Made by a program: the position numbers and the translations under genes
Notes under the pieces: model-generated
The model's database searches: none
What the model saw: only the letters and a program-made list of their open reading frames with translations
Told to the model about the DNA's origin: nothing
Part shown: piece by piece, positions 27,983 through 39,600 of the stretch
Position numbering within the stretch: the first letter of the stretch is position 1
Layout: each line of letters starts with the position of its first letter
DNA from: Schmidtea nova
Taxonomy: Eukaryota
NCBI GenBank assembly: GCA_044892505.1
Contig: CM097882.1
Location: forward strand, 312,790,001 to 312,854,000
Direction: 5' to 3'
Length of the DNA stretch: 64,000 nt

Positions 27983-30900
27983 GTGCCTGCATCAGCTCAA
28001 TCGTCTGCCATTCCCTCTAATGAGACTGATGCAGAGAGCACAACTAAAAATAATATTTCAACTATCGACAATCGTGATCCTGAAGTGTGGTTTTCTGATA
28101 ATGATATTGATTGGTATCTTGAAAACCACATTGATAATCCAATGCATGGATATATTAAATGCTTTATAGTAAATATCATCTGTTCTAACATCACAGAAGA
28201 TATTGTTGAAATTCCACCATCTATTAGCAATGCTGAAATTGTATTTTGTCCACTCAACATTAACAATTCGCACTGGATTCTTTTTGTTTATAGTAAGAAA
28301 ATGTTATCTTCTTACTTTATTGACCCAATCCTTGCAAACAGACAAAAGCCAATCAATAAACAAATGGCTCAGAGAATTAACCTAAAACTGAATAGATTTT
28401 TTAATCTAAATATATCTGTGTCCCGACATCCACACAAACATCTTGAATATCAAAATAACAGCTTTGATTGTGGCCCATTTACGTGTGCTTATGCTGTGAT
28501 TATCAGTAAAGATTTGAACAGCTTTCCAAATGGGTTCATAGAGAAAATTCGTACCAGTGTGCATGAAAATCAAAATCGTATGCAAATAACCGAATCCACC
28601 TTATTCGCTGGTACTAACTCCAAGATGGACATGACCAAAATAAATATCAAGAAAGCCCTTGCAAAAAAGAAAGTCATCACCAACACCTCAGATATGATCA
28701 AAGTATTGAACACTCAAAAACCGTGTGTGTCATCAATAATTAGTAAATATTACGAAAGTAATTCTAAAATAACAGTCTTATCTGCCGAACTAACTTTAAA
28801 CCTAATTGCACAAAATACCTCCTTCATAGCTGATAATGTCACTTTCAAGCAGTTCAAAGGAATCGATCATGTTATAAGTATCATTCCTAAATTTAACGAT
28901 TGGTGTCTCTTTGTCTATTCGAATAAACTTGACAGGAGCTACATGTTCGACTTCAATTATCGAAACATTGATGAAAGGCTAATTGAAATTGGTGAAAAGA
29001 TAACTGAATATCTGAATCAATTCACTCTTGTTTCTAAAATAAAATTCACACCTCATCATAGAATTTCTCATCCAACATTTCATTCTTACGATGATCAATA
29101 TTTTGCAAGTTCTTTTATTGTATTTTTTGAGAAACTTGTCTTTGAAAGAATACTGGACAATGATAAGGTTTATGACTCATTAAGTGCTCTAAAATATCAG
29201 TCTTGTAAAGATCTTTCTCCTAGCTTAAGTTTCATTAATGGTAAAATATCCGACAAAATTATTGAGGAATATTTTGCTAGCCTAAACTTATCGACCAAAT
29301 ATATTCTTCTAAACACAACAATGTGTACTGCGCTTTCAGATGATTGCACTGAATACTTGAAAGACTTTGTAAACATTGAGTGCATGATGAAGGCTACTAT
29401 AATCTTTGTAATCATTTCTCCTCCAAGAGCCAACGACTTGCTCATGGTTATTGATTACGACGCTGATGAGCACTATTTATTAAGCCCAGTCACTAATGAC
29501 TTGTTCGTTATGACTGAAGGATTCTGCTATAAATTACTAATTAAAATTAATGAGATTAGAGAGAGCACAGGTCGTTCCTTGAAATCGCGTAATTGTCGAC
29601 ATGACGTTAAAGGTTCTGGCTTATTTAGTAGGTTATTAATCTGTGCCTTTATTAAATATTATGCATTTGACCGATCTCTAGAAAATATCAATCTTCATGA
29701 AATTGGCAAAATTATCTACTCACTTGTGCCATTAGTTGATAAAAATGATAATGCTGAGGAAGAAAGACGACTAAAATCAAAAGCTGTAAACTCTTTAAAA
29801 CTAAATTTAAAACAGCGAATAGAAAAAGCCAATAATCTTATAATTTCACTTGAACACGCCAGTATTGATGAAATCATAAGTGGCATTCTTTCAAATATTC
29901 CTCGTCTTAAAGATTTGAACACCGATCACATTCGTACACCATATTTAGGTACTAAAGTAGAAAAAGCTAGAAAATTCAAAAATTCCACTGAATTTCTGTC
30001 AAACATGAAAAAGACTGTGTATAGGATTTTGGGTAACAACACAGAATCAATTGCACCTCCTTTTCAGGAAATTATTGACACTTTCAGTCATCCTGATACA
30101 TTACCTAGAAATTGGGAAAACATCTTTAAATTCACTAAGAGTTCTAAATTTAGTCTTGAATTAAATCCAATGACACCTAAAGAAATCCTTTCAAGTCTTT
30201 GCAAAGCTGACAACACTTCTCCAGGTCTTGATAATGTTTGTTATAAAGATCTTTTGCTATTAGACCCTGAATGTAAATTGCTAGCTTTTCTGTACAATAA
30301 AATCCTAAAATTAGACATTATTCCTACAAGTTGGAAATCATTTAAAACCATACTAATCCCTAAACCAGATAAAAATGGCCAATATCATAAAATATATTCT
30401 TGGCGACCAATTGCCTTATTATCTGTCATTTACAAAGTCTTCGCTTCAGTTTTGGCAAATCGTCTAAGCTTATGGATAAGAAATAATTCCATGTTACACA
30501 TTGGCCAAAAGGGTGGTTCGGAGTACGAAGGATGTATTGAACACAACTCTATTCTTTCTGCTATCGTCGAACATTCAAAATACAGCAAGTCTTCACCTTT
30601 AACAATAGCTTGGCTAGACATCAAAGATGCCTTCGGAAGTGTTCCACATGACTACATGTGGACACTGTTAAAACACATAAATGTTAGTGATAGGTTTGTA
30701 GGAATTTTAAAACTGCTCTATACTGATACAAGCTCGTTTTATTGTTGCAATAAAATGCAGACACCGGATATTCCAATAAAGAAAGGAGTTAAACAAGGTT
30801 GTCCGATCTCAATGATATTGTTTGCAATAGCTATTAACCCAGTACTTGAGTCTATTAATCTATCAAACGTTAATCCTTTTACGATTGGAACATCTCCGGT

Positions 30901-32593
30901 ACAGGTGTTGGCTTATGCGGATGATATCGCACTTATCGCGACAAATACCTCTGATCTGCAAATACTCATAAACGTTGCTGTAAACACCGCTAAAACAATT
31001 GGATTTGAATATCGTCCAGAAAAGTGCGCTTATATGCAATACCCTAAAATAGAAACTGTAAGCGAGATTTCTGTCAACAATGTTCTTATAAAAAAGATTG
31101 CAACAAATGAATTTTACCAATACTTGGGAGTACCAATAGGTGACAATAATGACCAAAGTCCCTATGAAATTCTAAGCAAAGTAATTGAAGACACAAAGAA
31201 AATAGCAAATTCTGATCTTTACGGCTGGCAAAAACTTAAAGCGTATAAGGTCTTTCTGCATTCTCGCTTGATTTTTCCATTTAGAACTAGGGAAATCAAA
31301 ACAAGTTCTTTAGCTGATTCGAGTAAAAATTCAAAATTAAATGTAAATAATACGAGTATTTTGAGGAGTCATCTTAGAAAAATATTGCACTTGCCACACT
31401 ACTCTGAGATTAGCTATTTTTATAATTCTACTGAAAACGGCGGTGCAGGCTGCATAGACTTACTTGACGAGTATCATACACAGACAATCGTGTACTTTTT
31501 CCGCTTGTTAACATCAACGTGCGAATATTCGAAAAAGATAAATACTGACTCGCTTTTATTTGTCACAAGTCCGAGACTCGGAATCAAAAATCCAGTTCTT
31601 AAACAAAGTTTAGAATGGATAAATGGAAAAGAGAGCAAGAAAAACAACAGTGGTTGCAAAACTCGATTTTATCGGTTGCGATCATCCATTGCTTACTTTT
31701 CTAAAGTTCACAACATTAAATTGTTATTTGAAACAGTGAAAGGGAATCCTTCTATCCGTATAACCACTACACTTAAGGGAACACGTATATTATTACCAAC
31801 ATTAAGAAAAGCATTGTCAATGATTTTACATTCAGCTCTCCAGGATTCGTATCTCGAGAAATGGGAGAATAGCAACCATAATAATCTGCTTGTATCTGCG
31901 ATTAAACTCTGTCCACTTGTCAACAAGCTTATTTTCCGCAGTGATTTGACAGAATTTGAATGGAGATTCGTCCATCGAGCAAGAACGAATACATTATCAA
32001 TATTTGCGAAGCCATATAAAACTGGCGAAAATCGTCTTTGTCGTAGATGTAAGCTTGAAGACGAGACTTTATCACACGTTCTTCAAACTTGTAAAATGAA
32101 CAAATCTTTGGCAACTAGTCGACATAACGCTTGCTTAGAAAAAATAAAAAGCGAGTTGAAAGATCCAAACTTGTTAGTTGTTGCGGATCATAAATGTTCC
32201 CTAGTACCGACATCAACTGAACGCGTTGATTTAATAATAACCAATAATGATAAAAAGACCATATTATTGGTAGACATGAAATGCCCAATCGATTCGGTGC
32301 CCAACTTTGACTTGGCTGATAAAAAAAACATAGAAAAGTATGATAAACTAAAATCGGAAATTAAAATAGCCAAACCCGATTATAAAGTTGAGTTGTTTAC
32401 CTGCATCATAGGCTCATTAGGATCCATTGAAATTAAAACACCTGATCTTTTAGTAAAAATGGGCGTAAAAGAAAATAAAGTAAAACGTCTGATGAAAGAG
32501 TGTGCAATTAGCAATATTGCGCACTCGGCCAAAATTTGGTACTTTCATACCAATGGCTTTCTTCCAGATAATATAAGACAAACTTTTAAATAA
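27983..32593 (+). CDS. ORF2 protease/RT/RLE polyprotein, copy 4
   Basis: Intact, same motifs. Confidence 0.95.
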   Translation: MPASAQSSAIPSNETDAESTTKNNISTIDNRDPEVWFSDNDIDWYLENHIDNPMHGYIKCFIVNIICSNITEDIVEIPPSISNAEIVFCPLNINNSHWILFVYSKKMLSSYFIDPILANRQKPINKQMAQRINLKLNRFFNLNISVSRHPHKHLEYQNNSFDCGPFTCAYAVIISKDLNSFPNGFIEKIRTSVHENQNRMQITESTLFAGTNSKMDMTKINIKKALAKKKVITNTSDMIKVLNTQKPCVSSIISKYYESNSKITVLSAELTLNLIAQNTSFIADNVTFKQFKGIDHVISIIPKFNDWCLFVYSNKLDRSYMFDFNYRNIDERLIEIGEKITEYLNQFTLVSKIKFTPHHRISHPTFHSYDDQYFASSFIVFFEKLVFERILDNDKVYDSLSALKYQSCKDLSPSLSFINGKISDKIIEEYFASLNLSTKYILLNTTMCTALSDDCTEYLKDFVNIECMMKATIIFVIISPPRANDLLMVIDYDADEHYLLSPVTNDLFVMTEGFCYKLLIKINEIRESTGRSLKSRNCRHDVKGSGLFSRLLICAFIKYYAFDRSLENINLHEIGKIIYSLVPLVDKNDNAEEERRLKSKAVNSLKLNLKQRIEKANNLIISLEHASIDEIISGILSNIPRLKDLNTDHIRTPYLGTKVEKARKFKNSTEFLSNMKKTVYRILGNNTESIAPPFQEIIDTFSHPDTLPRNWENIFKFTKSSKFSLELNPMTPKEILSSLCKADNTSPGLDNVCYKDLLLLDPECKLLAFLYNKILKLDIIPTSWKSFKTILIPKPDKNGQYHKIYSWRPIALLSVIYKVFASVLANRLSLWIRNNSMLHIGQKGGSEYEGCIEHNSILSAIVEHSKYSKSSPLTIAWLDIKDAFGSVPHDYMWTLLKHINVSDRFVGILKLLYTDTSSFYCCNKMQTPDIPIKKGVKQGCPISMILFAIAINPVLESINLSNVNPFTIGTSPVQVLAYADDIALIATNTSDLQILINVAVNTAKTIGFEYRPEKCAYMQYPKIETVSEISVNNVLIKKIATNEFYQYLGVPIGDNNDQSPYEILSKVIEDTKKIANSDLYGWQKLKAYKVFLHSRLIFPFRTREIKTSSLADSSKNSKLNVNNTSILRSHLRKILHLPHYSEISYFYNSTENGGAGCIDLLDEYHTQTIVYFFRLLTSTCEYSKKINTDSLLFVTSPRLGIKNPVLKQSLEWINGKESKKNNSGCKTRFYRLRSSIAYFSKVHNIKLLFETVKGNPSIRITTTLKGTRILLPTLRKALSMILHSALQDSYLEKWENSNHNNLLVSAIKLCPLVNKLIFRSDLTEFEWRFVHRARTNTLSIFAKPYKTGENRLCRRCKLEDETLSHVLQTCKMNKSLATSRHNACLEKIKSELKDPNLLVVADHKCSLVPTSTERVDLIITNNDKKTILLVDMKCPIDSVPNFDLADKKNIEKYDKLKSEIKIAKPDYKVELFTCIIGSLGSIEIKTPDLLVKMGVKENKVKRLMKECAISNIAHSAKIWYFHTNGFLPDNIRQTFK

Positions 32594-32950
32594 ATAATTA
32601 TATATATATATATAAATATTTGCTTTTTAAACTCTGTAAATAAAAATTAAAGTAAATATTTTGTAAAGTAATTTTTGTATTAAATATCCAATCTTTTTAA
32701 TCTGATAAATTGTCTTTGAGAGTTATTAAATTGGGAGACCAAGTATTCTGCAACGTATGTCACTTATTCTAGACTTATCAACTTCAAAAGAATACAGTCG
32801 CAAAGCTGGATGACGAAATCCAAAGAACCAGAAACTTCCATTCAGATTGAACAATTATATTTTGACTGTGATTGTTTAGGGACTAATCCATGTTGATTAG
32901 ATAATCTGTAAAAAAAATATGTCAAACTTGTTATATTTAATAAATGTTTA

Positions 32951-33005
32951 TTATCACGTCTGCCTAACACGCAGAAGGTCCCCGGTTCGATCCCGGGTCG
33001 AACCA
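32951..33005 (+). pseudogene. 3' fragment (nt 19-73) of tRNA-Val split by copy 4
   Basis: Starts at TTATCACG. Confidence 0.9.
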
Positions 33006-33185
33006 AATTTTTCTCAATTCATTATTTGACTTTTATTATATTTGCAACTCTTTTTTTAATTCATAACGCAATTTTGTTGTTGAATTCTCTACTTTGTACA
33101 TAAATTTTATTCAAGTGAATTCAGTACATTTTGTCAAGGTAATTCGAAAATCAAACATGCACAACAATTGTTAGTTGAAACTGTC

Positions 33186-33258
33186 GGTTCGATGGTGTAG
33201 CGGTTATTACGTCTGCCTAACACGCAGAAGGTCCCCGGTTCGATCCCGGGTCGAACCA
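33186..33258 (+). tRNA. tRNA-Val(AAC), C23T variant
   Basis: GGTTATTACG at 33202-33211; D-stem G12-C23 becomes G-U. Confidence 0.88.
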
Positions 33259-33438
33259 AATTTTTCTCAATTCATTATTTGACTTTTATTATATTTGCAA
33301 CTCTTTTTTTAATTCATAACGCAATTTTGTTGTTGAATTCTCTACTTTGTACATAAATTTTATTCAAGTGAATTCAGTACATTTTGTCAAGGTAATTCGA
33401 AAATCAAACATGCACAACAATTGTTAGTTGAAACTGTC

Positions 33439-33511
33439 GGTTCGATGGTGTAGCGGTTATCACGTCTGCCTAACACGCAGAAGGTCCCCGGTTCGATCCC
33501 GGGTCGAACCA
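33439..33511 (+). tRNA. tRNA-Val(AAC)
   Basis: Intact. Confidence 0.96.
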
Positions 33512-33691
33512 AATTTTTCTCAATTTATTATTTGACTTTTATTATATTTGCAACTCTTTTTTTAATTCATAACGCAATTTTGTTGTTGAATTCTCTACTT
33601 TGTACATAAATTTTATTCAAGTGAATTCAGTACATTTTGTCAAGGTAATTCGAAAATCAAACATGCACAACAATTGTTAGTTGAAACTGTC

Positions 33692-33764
33692 GGTTCGATG
33701 GTGTAGCGGTTATCACGTCTGCCTAACACGCAGAAGGTCCCCGGTTCGATCCCGGGTCGAACCA
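33692..33764 (+). tRNA. tRNA-Val(AAC)
   Basis: Intact. Confidence 0.96.
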
Positions 33765-33944
33765 AATTTTTCTCAATTCATTATTTGACTTTTATTATAT
33801 TTGCAACTCTTTTTTTAATTCATAACGCAATTTTGTTGTTGAATTCTCTACTTTGTACATAAATTTTATTCAAGTGAATTCAGTACATTTTGTCAAGGTA
33901 ATTCGAAAATCAAACATGCACAACAATTGTTAGTTGAAACTGTC

Positions 33945-33975
33945 GGTTCGATGGTGTAGCGGTTATCACGTCTGC
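33945..33975 (+). pseudogene. 5' half (nt 1-31) of tRNA-Val split by copy 5; last 13 nt = TSD
   Basis: GGTTCG...TTATCACGTCTGC followed by element TTCGATG. Confidence 0.9.
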
Positions 33976-33979
33976 TTCG

Positions 33980-36613
33980 ATGACTCAATCACCTGCTGCT
34001 CAGTCAACTGCTGCTGATGTAATGACTCAGTCTATTGCAAATCAGTCAACTGTGACGAAGCAATATGAATTAGAAAACATTCTCAAATATCAAATTTCCA
34101 GTTTGCAATGCTTTCAATCGATTTTGGATTATTTTTCTCAACTAAATGGTGGAAATCTCGCTACTGCCTCAGTTCTATCTGATGCGAATGCAAGTCAACG
34201 GAGTTCTTTCGATCAAGGATCTAAAATTTCTCAAAACCAATCTGATAATATGCCACTTTCTTATGCTGATATTGAGACTAAATTCACTAAATCAAAGGAT
34301 TTACTGATTGTCAAGCGCCTGGATTCATTGGAGTCTCAATTTATGAATATGGCTGAAAAGTTAGATTATTTGGTTTCTTTTTTTAATGGCTCTGTTGATG
34401 ATTTATCAGATTTTCCTAAAGTAAATGAAAATAATTTAAATAATAATCCTTTCAATAAAAATAAAGTTTTTGATATCAAAGATAAATTAATTGTAAATAA
34501 TGTAGTTTTAGATAAATCAAATATTTCAGAATTTATTGAAAATAATATTGCTAAAATTCCTAATAGTTTAATTGATGTAAATAATAAAATGTGTAATTCA
34601 AATAATAAATTTCTAAATAACCCTAATAAAGAGAATGTTAAACATTTTAATAATCCCAAAGAAACATCTTCAATTGATTTGACTAACGATAAAATTATGC
34701 CAAATGAAAACATAGAAATAATTATTAAAAATAATAAAAAATCTGTTAAAATTATAGAACCTAATAAAACAACTAAACAGAAGTATGATAAATTTGAATT
34801 TAAAAATCTGGTTCGTATTTTAACGAAAAGGGAACGCCAGAAAATCTTGAATGCCTTCCCTGCTTTAATACAACTAATTAAAAAGAAAGAATCACAGAGT
34901 AAATATTTTGAAATTAATAAATTTCTTTCGAGCAAAGATTTTAATGTGAATCACTTGAATTTAATTAATTTTGATTATTTTTTCTATAGAAATTGTAATC
35001 TTTGTGTATCTTTAAAATTGTACAACGCTCCTGTCATTTCATCAGCACCAAAACCAGTTGTTTTAAAAACTATTAAATTAATTGACCATAATATCGTCAA
35101 AATAAATTCTGAAATCCCTGACTTTGTTCGAGCTCCAATGTCAATTCGAAGATTTTTATTCAATCTTTCGCACGATCTTTCAAACACTGTTTCCATCAAG
35201 GATGAGAAACACAGGGGAAATAAAATAAATAACATTCTTACTTCAATGAAACATAAACAACAATTACCAGATTATTTAATAAAATCAAACATTAAATACA
35301 AAAATGGTGAGTTCCTATTATTAGATTTGACTAACGATAAAATCAAATTGAACGACGATAATAACTTGATAAAATCAAATTTTTCTGAACTTACTAGAAG
35401 TCAGATTAAAAATCTTTACTATTCTTATCCTTCTCTTAAGGAAGTTTGTTTCGTTGAAAATCTTGAAACAAGATCATCATCCGTTAGTAAAATTATCGAA
35501 TCTTTAAAGTTAATTAATGAATTTCCAAAAAATATCATTTTTAAAGAGGGTAAATTTTATCAGTCTGATAAAAGAACAATCTCACCTAGTAGTTCTCCTG
35601 ACATAATGTTCAACCTTGGTCTTTTTAATTTAGCTAGTATGAGTAGAAAAGATTGTGAATTAAAATCCATTTTAGAGAAGACTGGTTGTGACTTTAAAAT
35701 AGTTGAAATAATATTCTACCTCAACTATTTAGGCTTGACTCAATCTTTAGAATTTTGCAAAAATCAAACTTATTCTGATTATGTGAGGAATTACGTCTGC
35801 AATTGCTGCTTGATAAACTCACTCTGTAGTATTGCTGATGTTGATTCGCTTTCATCTGATGATTTTGAGGGTTGGGCGACCGAAATTGTTCAGAAAATCC
35901 CAGTTTCTTCCTATTACTTCAATAGCTGCCAGGAAAAGCTTTTAAAGCTGAAGCAATGGGACATTTCAACTAAAATCAAAAGAATCCATAACGTTATTTC
36001 ACCTGAAATAATATCTTATTTAAATAACTTTCTTGACTCTGTAGACGTAAAATTTCCATCTAAGTCTCAACAACATAATATTCTAATTAAATTAATGAAA
36101 GCTATCAATGACATTAAAATCTTTGATGACATACACGGAAATAAAGCAAAAAGACTTGTTTACTTTTTGCTAAGAGATGCCAAGAAATATTTGAATAAAA
36201 ATCAACGATTCAGATTATTTGAATCGAGCAATAAATATTGCACTTCAGAGATGGAGAATATAATTTCAGTAATAATTGAGAACCTTACCAAAGTTACTGA
36301 CCATGAAGTTACTACTCCTGAAATCACAGTTGAAGAAACGCCAATTGAAATAACTTGTGATCCTGAACCTATCGTCTTGATTAAGGAAATAAACTGTTTA
36401 AAATGTAACAATATCATCGAAAAATGTATTCTTGTTAGAGATGGAACAAACGTCAACATCTGTGAAAGCTGTCTATTTGACGCAATTACCTTTGAAAAGC
36501 CGATTCCTGAAGCTACTAATTCGGATATCGAAGAAAATATAGAAACAAATAGTAAGAAATCTTGTCCAAGACCTAGAAAAACAGACAAGAAAACATTAAC
36601 CAAAGCAAAATGA
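33980..36613 (+). CDS. ORF1 protein, copy 5
   Basis: 877 aa intact. Confidence 0.88.
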   Translation: MTQSPAAQSTAADVMTQSIANQSTVTKQYELENILKYQISSLQCFQSILDYFSQLNGGNLATASVLSDANASQRSSFDQGSKISQNQSDNMPLSYADIETKFTKSKDLLIVKRLDSLESQFMNMAEKLDYLVSFFNGSVDDLSDFPKVNENNLNNNPFNKNKVFDIKDKLIVNNVVLDKSNISEFIENNIAKIPNSLIDVNNKMCNSNNKFLNNPNKENVKHFNNPKETSSIDLTNDKIMPNENIEIIIKNNKKSVKIIEPNKTTKQKYDKFEFKNLVRILTKRERQKILNAFPALIQLIKKKESQSKYFEINKFLSSKDFNVNHLNLINFDYFFYRNCNLCVSLKLYNAPVISSAPKPVVLKTIKLIDHNIVKINSEIPDFVRAPMSIRRFLFNLSHDLSNTVSIKDEKHRGNKINNILTSMKHKQQLPDYLIKSNIKYKNGEFLLLDLTNDKIKLNDDNNLIKSNFSELTRSQIKNLYYSYPSLKEVCFVENLETRSSSVSKIIESLKLINEFPKNIIFKEGKFYQSDKRTISPSSSPDIMFNLGLFNLASMSRKDCELKSILEKTGCDFKIVEIIFYLNYLGLTQSLEFCKNQTYSDYVRNYVCNCCLINSLCSIADVDSLSSDDFEGWATEIVQKIPVSSYYFNSCQEKLLKLKQWDISTKIKRIHNVISPEIISYLNNFLDSVDVKFPSKSQQHNILIKLMKAINDIKIFDDIHGNKAKRLVYFLLRDAKKYLNKNQRFRLFESSNKYCTSEMENIISVIIENLTKVTDHEVTTPEITVEETPIEITCDPEPIVLIKEINCLKCNNIIEKCILVRDGTNVNICESCLFDAITFEKPIPEATNSDIEENIETNSKKSCPRPRKTDKKTLTKAK

Positions 36614-36619
36614 AGATGT

Positions 36620-39600
36620 GTGCCTGCATCAGCTCAATCGTCTGCCATTCCCTCTAATGAGACTGATGCAGAGAGCACAACTAAAAATAATATTTCAACT
36701 ATCGACAATCGTGATCCTGAAGTGTGGTTTTCTGATAATGATATTGATTGGTATCTTGAAAACCACATTGATAATCCAATGCATGGATATATTAAATGCT
36801 TTATAGTAAATATCATCTGTTCTAACATCACAGAAGATATTGTTGAAATTCCACCATCTATTAGCAATGCTGAAATTGTATTTTGTCCACTCAACATTAA
36901 CAATTCGCACTGGATTCTTTTTGTTTATAGTAAGAAAATGTTATCTTCTTACTTTATTGACCCAATCCTTGCAAACAGACAAAAGCCAATCAATAAACAA
37001 ATGGCTCAGAGAATTAACCTAAAACTGAATAGATTTTTTAATCTAAATATATCTGTGTCCCGACATCCACACAAACATCTTGAATATCAAAATAACAGCT
37101 TTGATTGTGGCCCATTTACGTGTGCTTATGCTGTGATTATCAGTAAAGATTTGAACAGCTTTCCAAATGGGTTCATAGAGAAAATTCGTACCAGTGTGCA
37201 TGAAAATCAAAATCGTATGCAAATAACCGAATCCACCTTATTCGCTGGTACTAACTCCAAGATGGACATGACCAAAATAAATATCAAGAAAGCCCTTGCA
37301 AAAAAGAAAGTCATCACCAACACCTCAGATATGACCAAAGTATTGAACACTCAAAAACCGTGTGTGTCATCAATAATTAGTAAATATTACGAAAGTAATT
37401 CTAAAATAACAGTCTTATCTGCTGAACTAACTTTAAACCTAATTGCACAAAATACCTCCTTCATAGCTGATAATGTCACTTTCAAGCAGTTCAAAGGAAT
37501 CGATCATGTTATAAGCATCATTCCTAAATTTAACGATTGGTGTCTCTTTGTCTATTCGAATAAACTTGACAGGAGCTACATGTTCGACTTCAATTATCGA
37601 AACATTGATGAAAGGCTAATTGAAATTGGTGAAAAGATAACTGAATATCTGAATCAATTCACTCTTGTTTCTAAAATAAAATTCACACCTCATCATAGAA
37701 TTTCTCATCCAACATTTCATTCTTACGATGATCAATATTTTGCAAGTTCTTTTATTGTATTTTTTGAGAAACTTGTCTTTGAAAGAATACTGGACAATGA
37801 TAAGGTTTATGACTCATTAAGTGCTCTAAAATATCAGTCTTGTAAAGATCTTTCTCCTAGCTTAAGTTTCATTAATGGTAAAATATCCGACAAAATTATT
37901 GAGGAATATTTTGCTAGCCTAAACTTATCGACCAAATATATTCTTCTAAACACAACAATGTGTAGTGCGCTTTCAGATGATTGCACTGAATACTTGAAAG
38001 ACTTTGTAAACATTGAGTGCATGATGAAGGCTACTGTAATCTTTGTAATCATTTCTCCTCCAAGAGCCCACGACTTGCTCATGGTTATTGATTACGACGC
38101 TGATGAGCACTATTTATTAAGCCCAGTCACTAATGACTTGTTCGTTATGACTGAAGGATTCTGCTATAAATTACTAATTAAAATTAATGAGATTAGAGAG
38201 AGCACAGGACGTGCCTTGAAATCGCGTAATTGTCGACATGACGTTAAAGGTTCTGGCTTATTTAGTAGGTTATTAATCTGTGCCTTTATTAAATATTATG
38301 CATTTGACCGATCTCTAGAAAATATCAATCTACATGAAATTGGCAAAATTATCTACTCACTTGTGCCATTAGTTGATAAAAATGATAATGCTGAGGAAGA
38401 AAGACGACTAAAATCAAAAGCTGTAAACTCTTTAAAACTAAATTTAAAACAGCGAATAGAAAAAGCCAATAATCTTATAATTTCACTTGAACACGCCAGT
38501 ATTGATGAAATCATAAGTGGCATTCTTTCAAATATTCCTCGTCTTAAAGATTTGAACACCGATCACATTCGTACACCATATTTAGGTACTAAAATAGAAA
38601 AAGCTAGAAAATTCAAAAATTCCACTGAATTTCTGTCAAACATGAAAAAGACTGTGTATAGGATTTTGGGTAACAACACAGAATCAATTGCACCTCCTTT
38701 TCAGGAAATTATTGACACTTTCAGTCATCCTGATACATTACCTAGAAATTGGGAAAACATCTTAAAATTCACTAAGAGTTCTAAATATAGTCTTGAATTA
38801 AATCCAATGACACCTAAAGAAATCCTTTCAAGTCTTTGCAAAGCTGACAACACTTCTCCAGGTCTTGATAATGTTTGTTATAAAGATCTTTTGTTATTAG
38901 ACCCTGAATGTAAATTGCTAGCTTTTCTGTACAATAAAATCCTAAAATTAGACATTATTCCTACAAGTTGGAAATCATTTAAAACCATACTAATCCCCAA
39001 ACCAGATAAAAATGGCCAATATCATAAAATATATTCTTGGCGACCAATTGCCTTATTATCTGTCATTTACAAAGTCTTCGCTTCAGTTTTGGCAAATCGT
39101 CTAAGCTTATGGATAAGAAATAATTCCATGTTACACATTGGCCAAAAGGGTGGTTCGGAGTACGAAGGATGTATTGAACACAACTCTATTCTTTCTGCTA
39201 TCGTCGAACATTCAAAATACAGCAAGTCTTTACCTTTAACGATAGCTTGGCTAGACATCAAAGATGCCTTCGGAAGTGTTCCACATGACTACATGTGGAC
39301 ACTGTTAAAACACATAAATGTTAGTGATAGGTTTGTAGGAATTTTAAAACTGCTCTATACTGATACAAGCTCGTTTTATTGTTGCAATAAAATGCAGACA
39401 CCGGATATTCCAATAAAGAAAGGAGTTAAACAAGGTTGTCCGATCTCAATGATATTGTTTGCAATAGCTATTAACCCAGTACTTGAGTCTATTAATCTAT
39501 CAAACGTTAATCCTTTTACGATTGGAACATCTCCGGTACAGGTGTTGGCTTATGCGGATGATATCGCACTTATCGCGACAAATACCTCTGATCTGCAAAT

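Larger units (their letters stand above)
25331..32950 (+). mobile_element. Retrotransposon copy 4 (full length, class A 5' junction)
   Basis: Same junctions as copy 2. Confidence 0.93.
32951..33975 (+). repeat. tRNA-Val tandem array segment 4
   Basis: 3' fragment, three full genes, 5' half. Confidence 0.95.
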
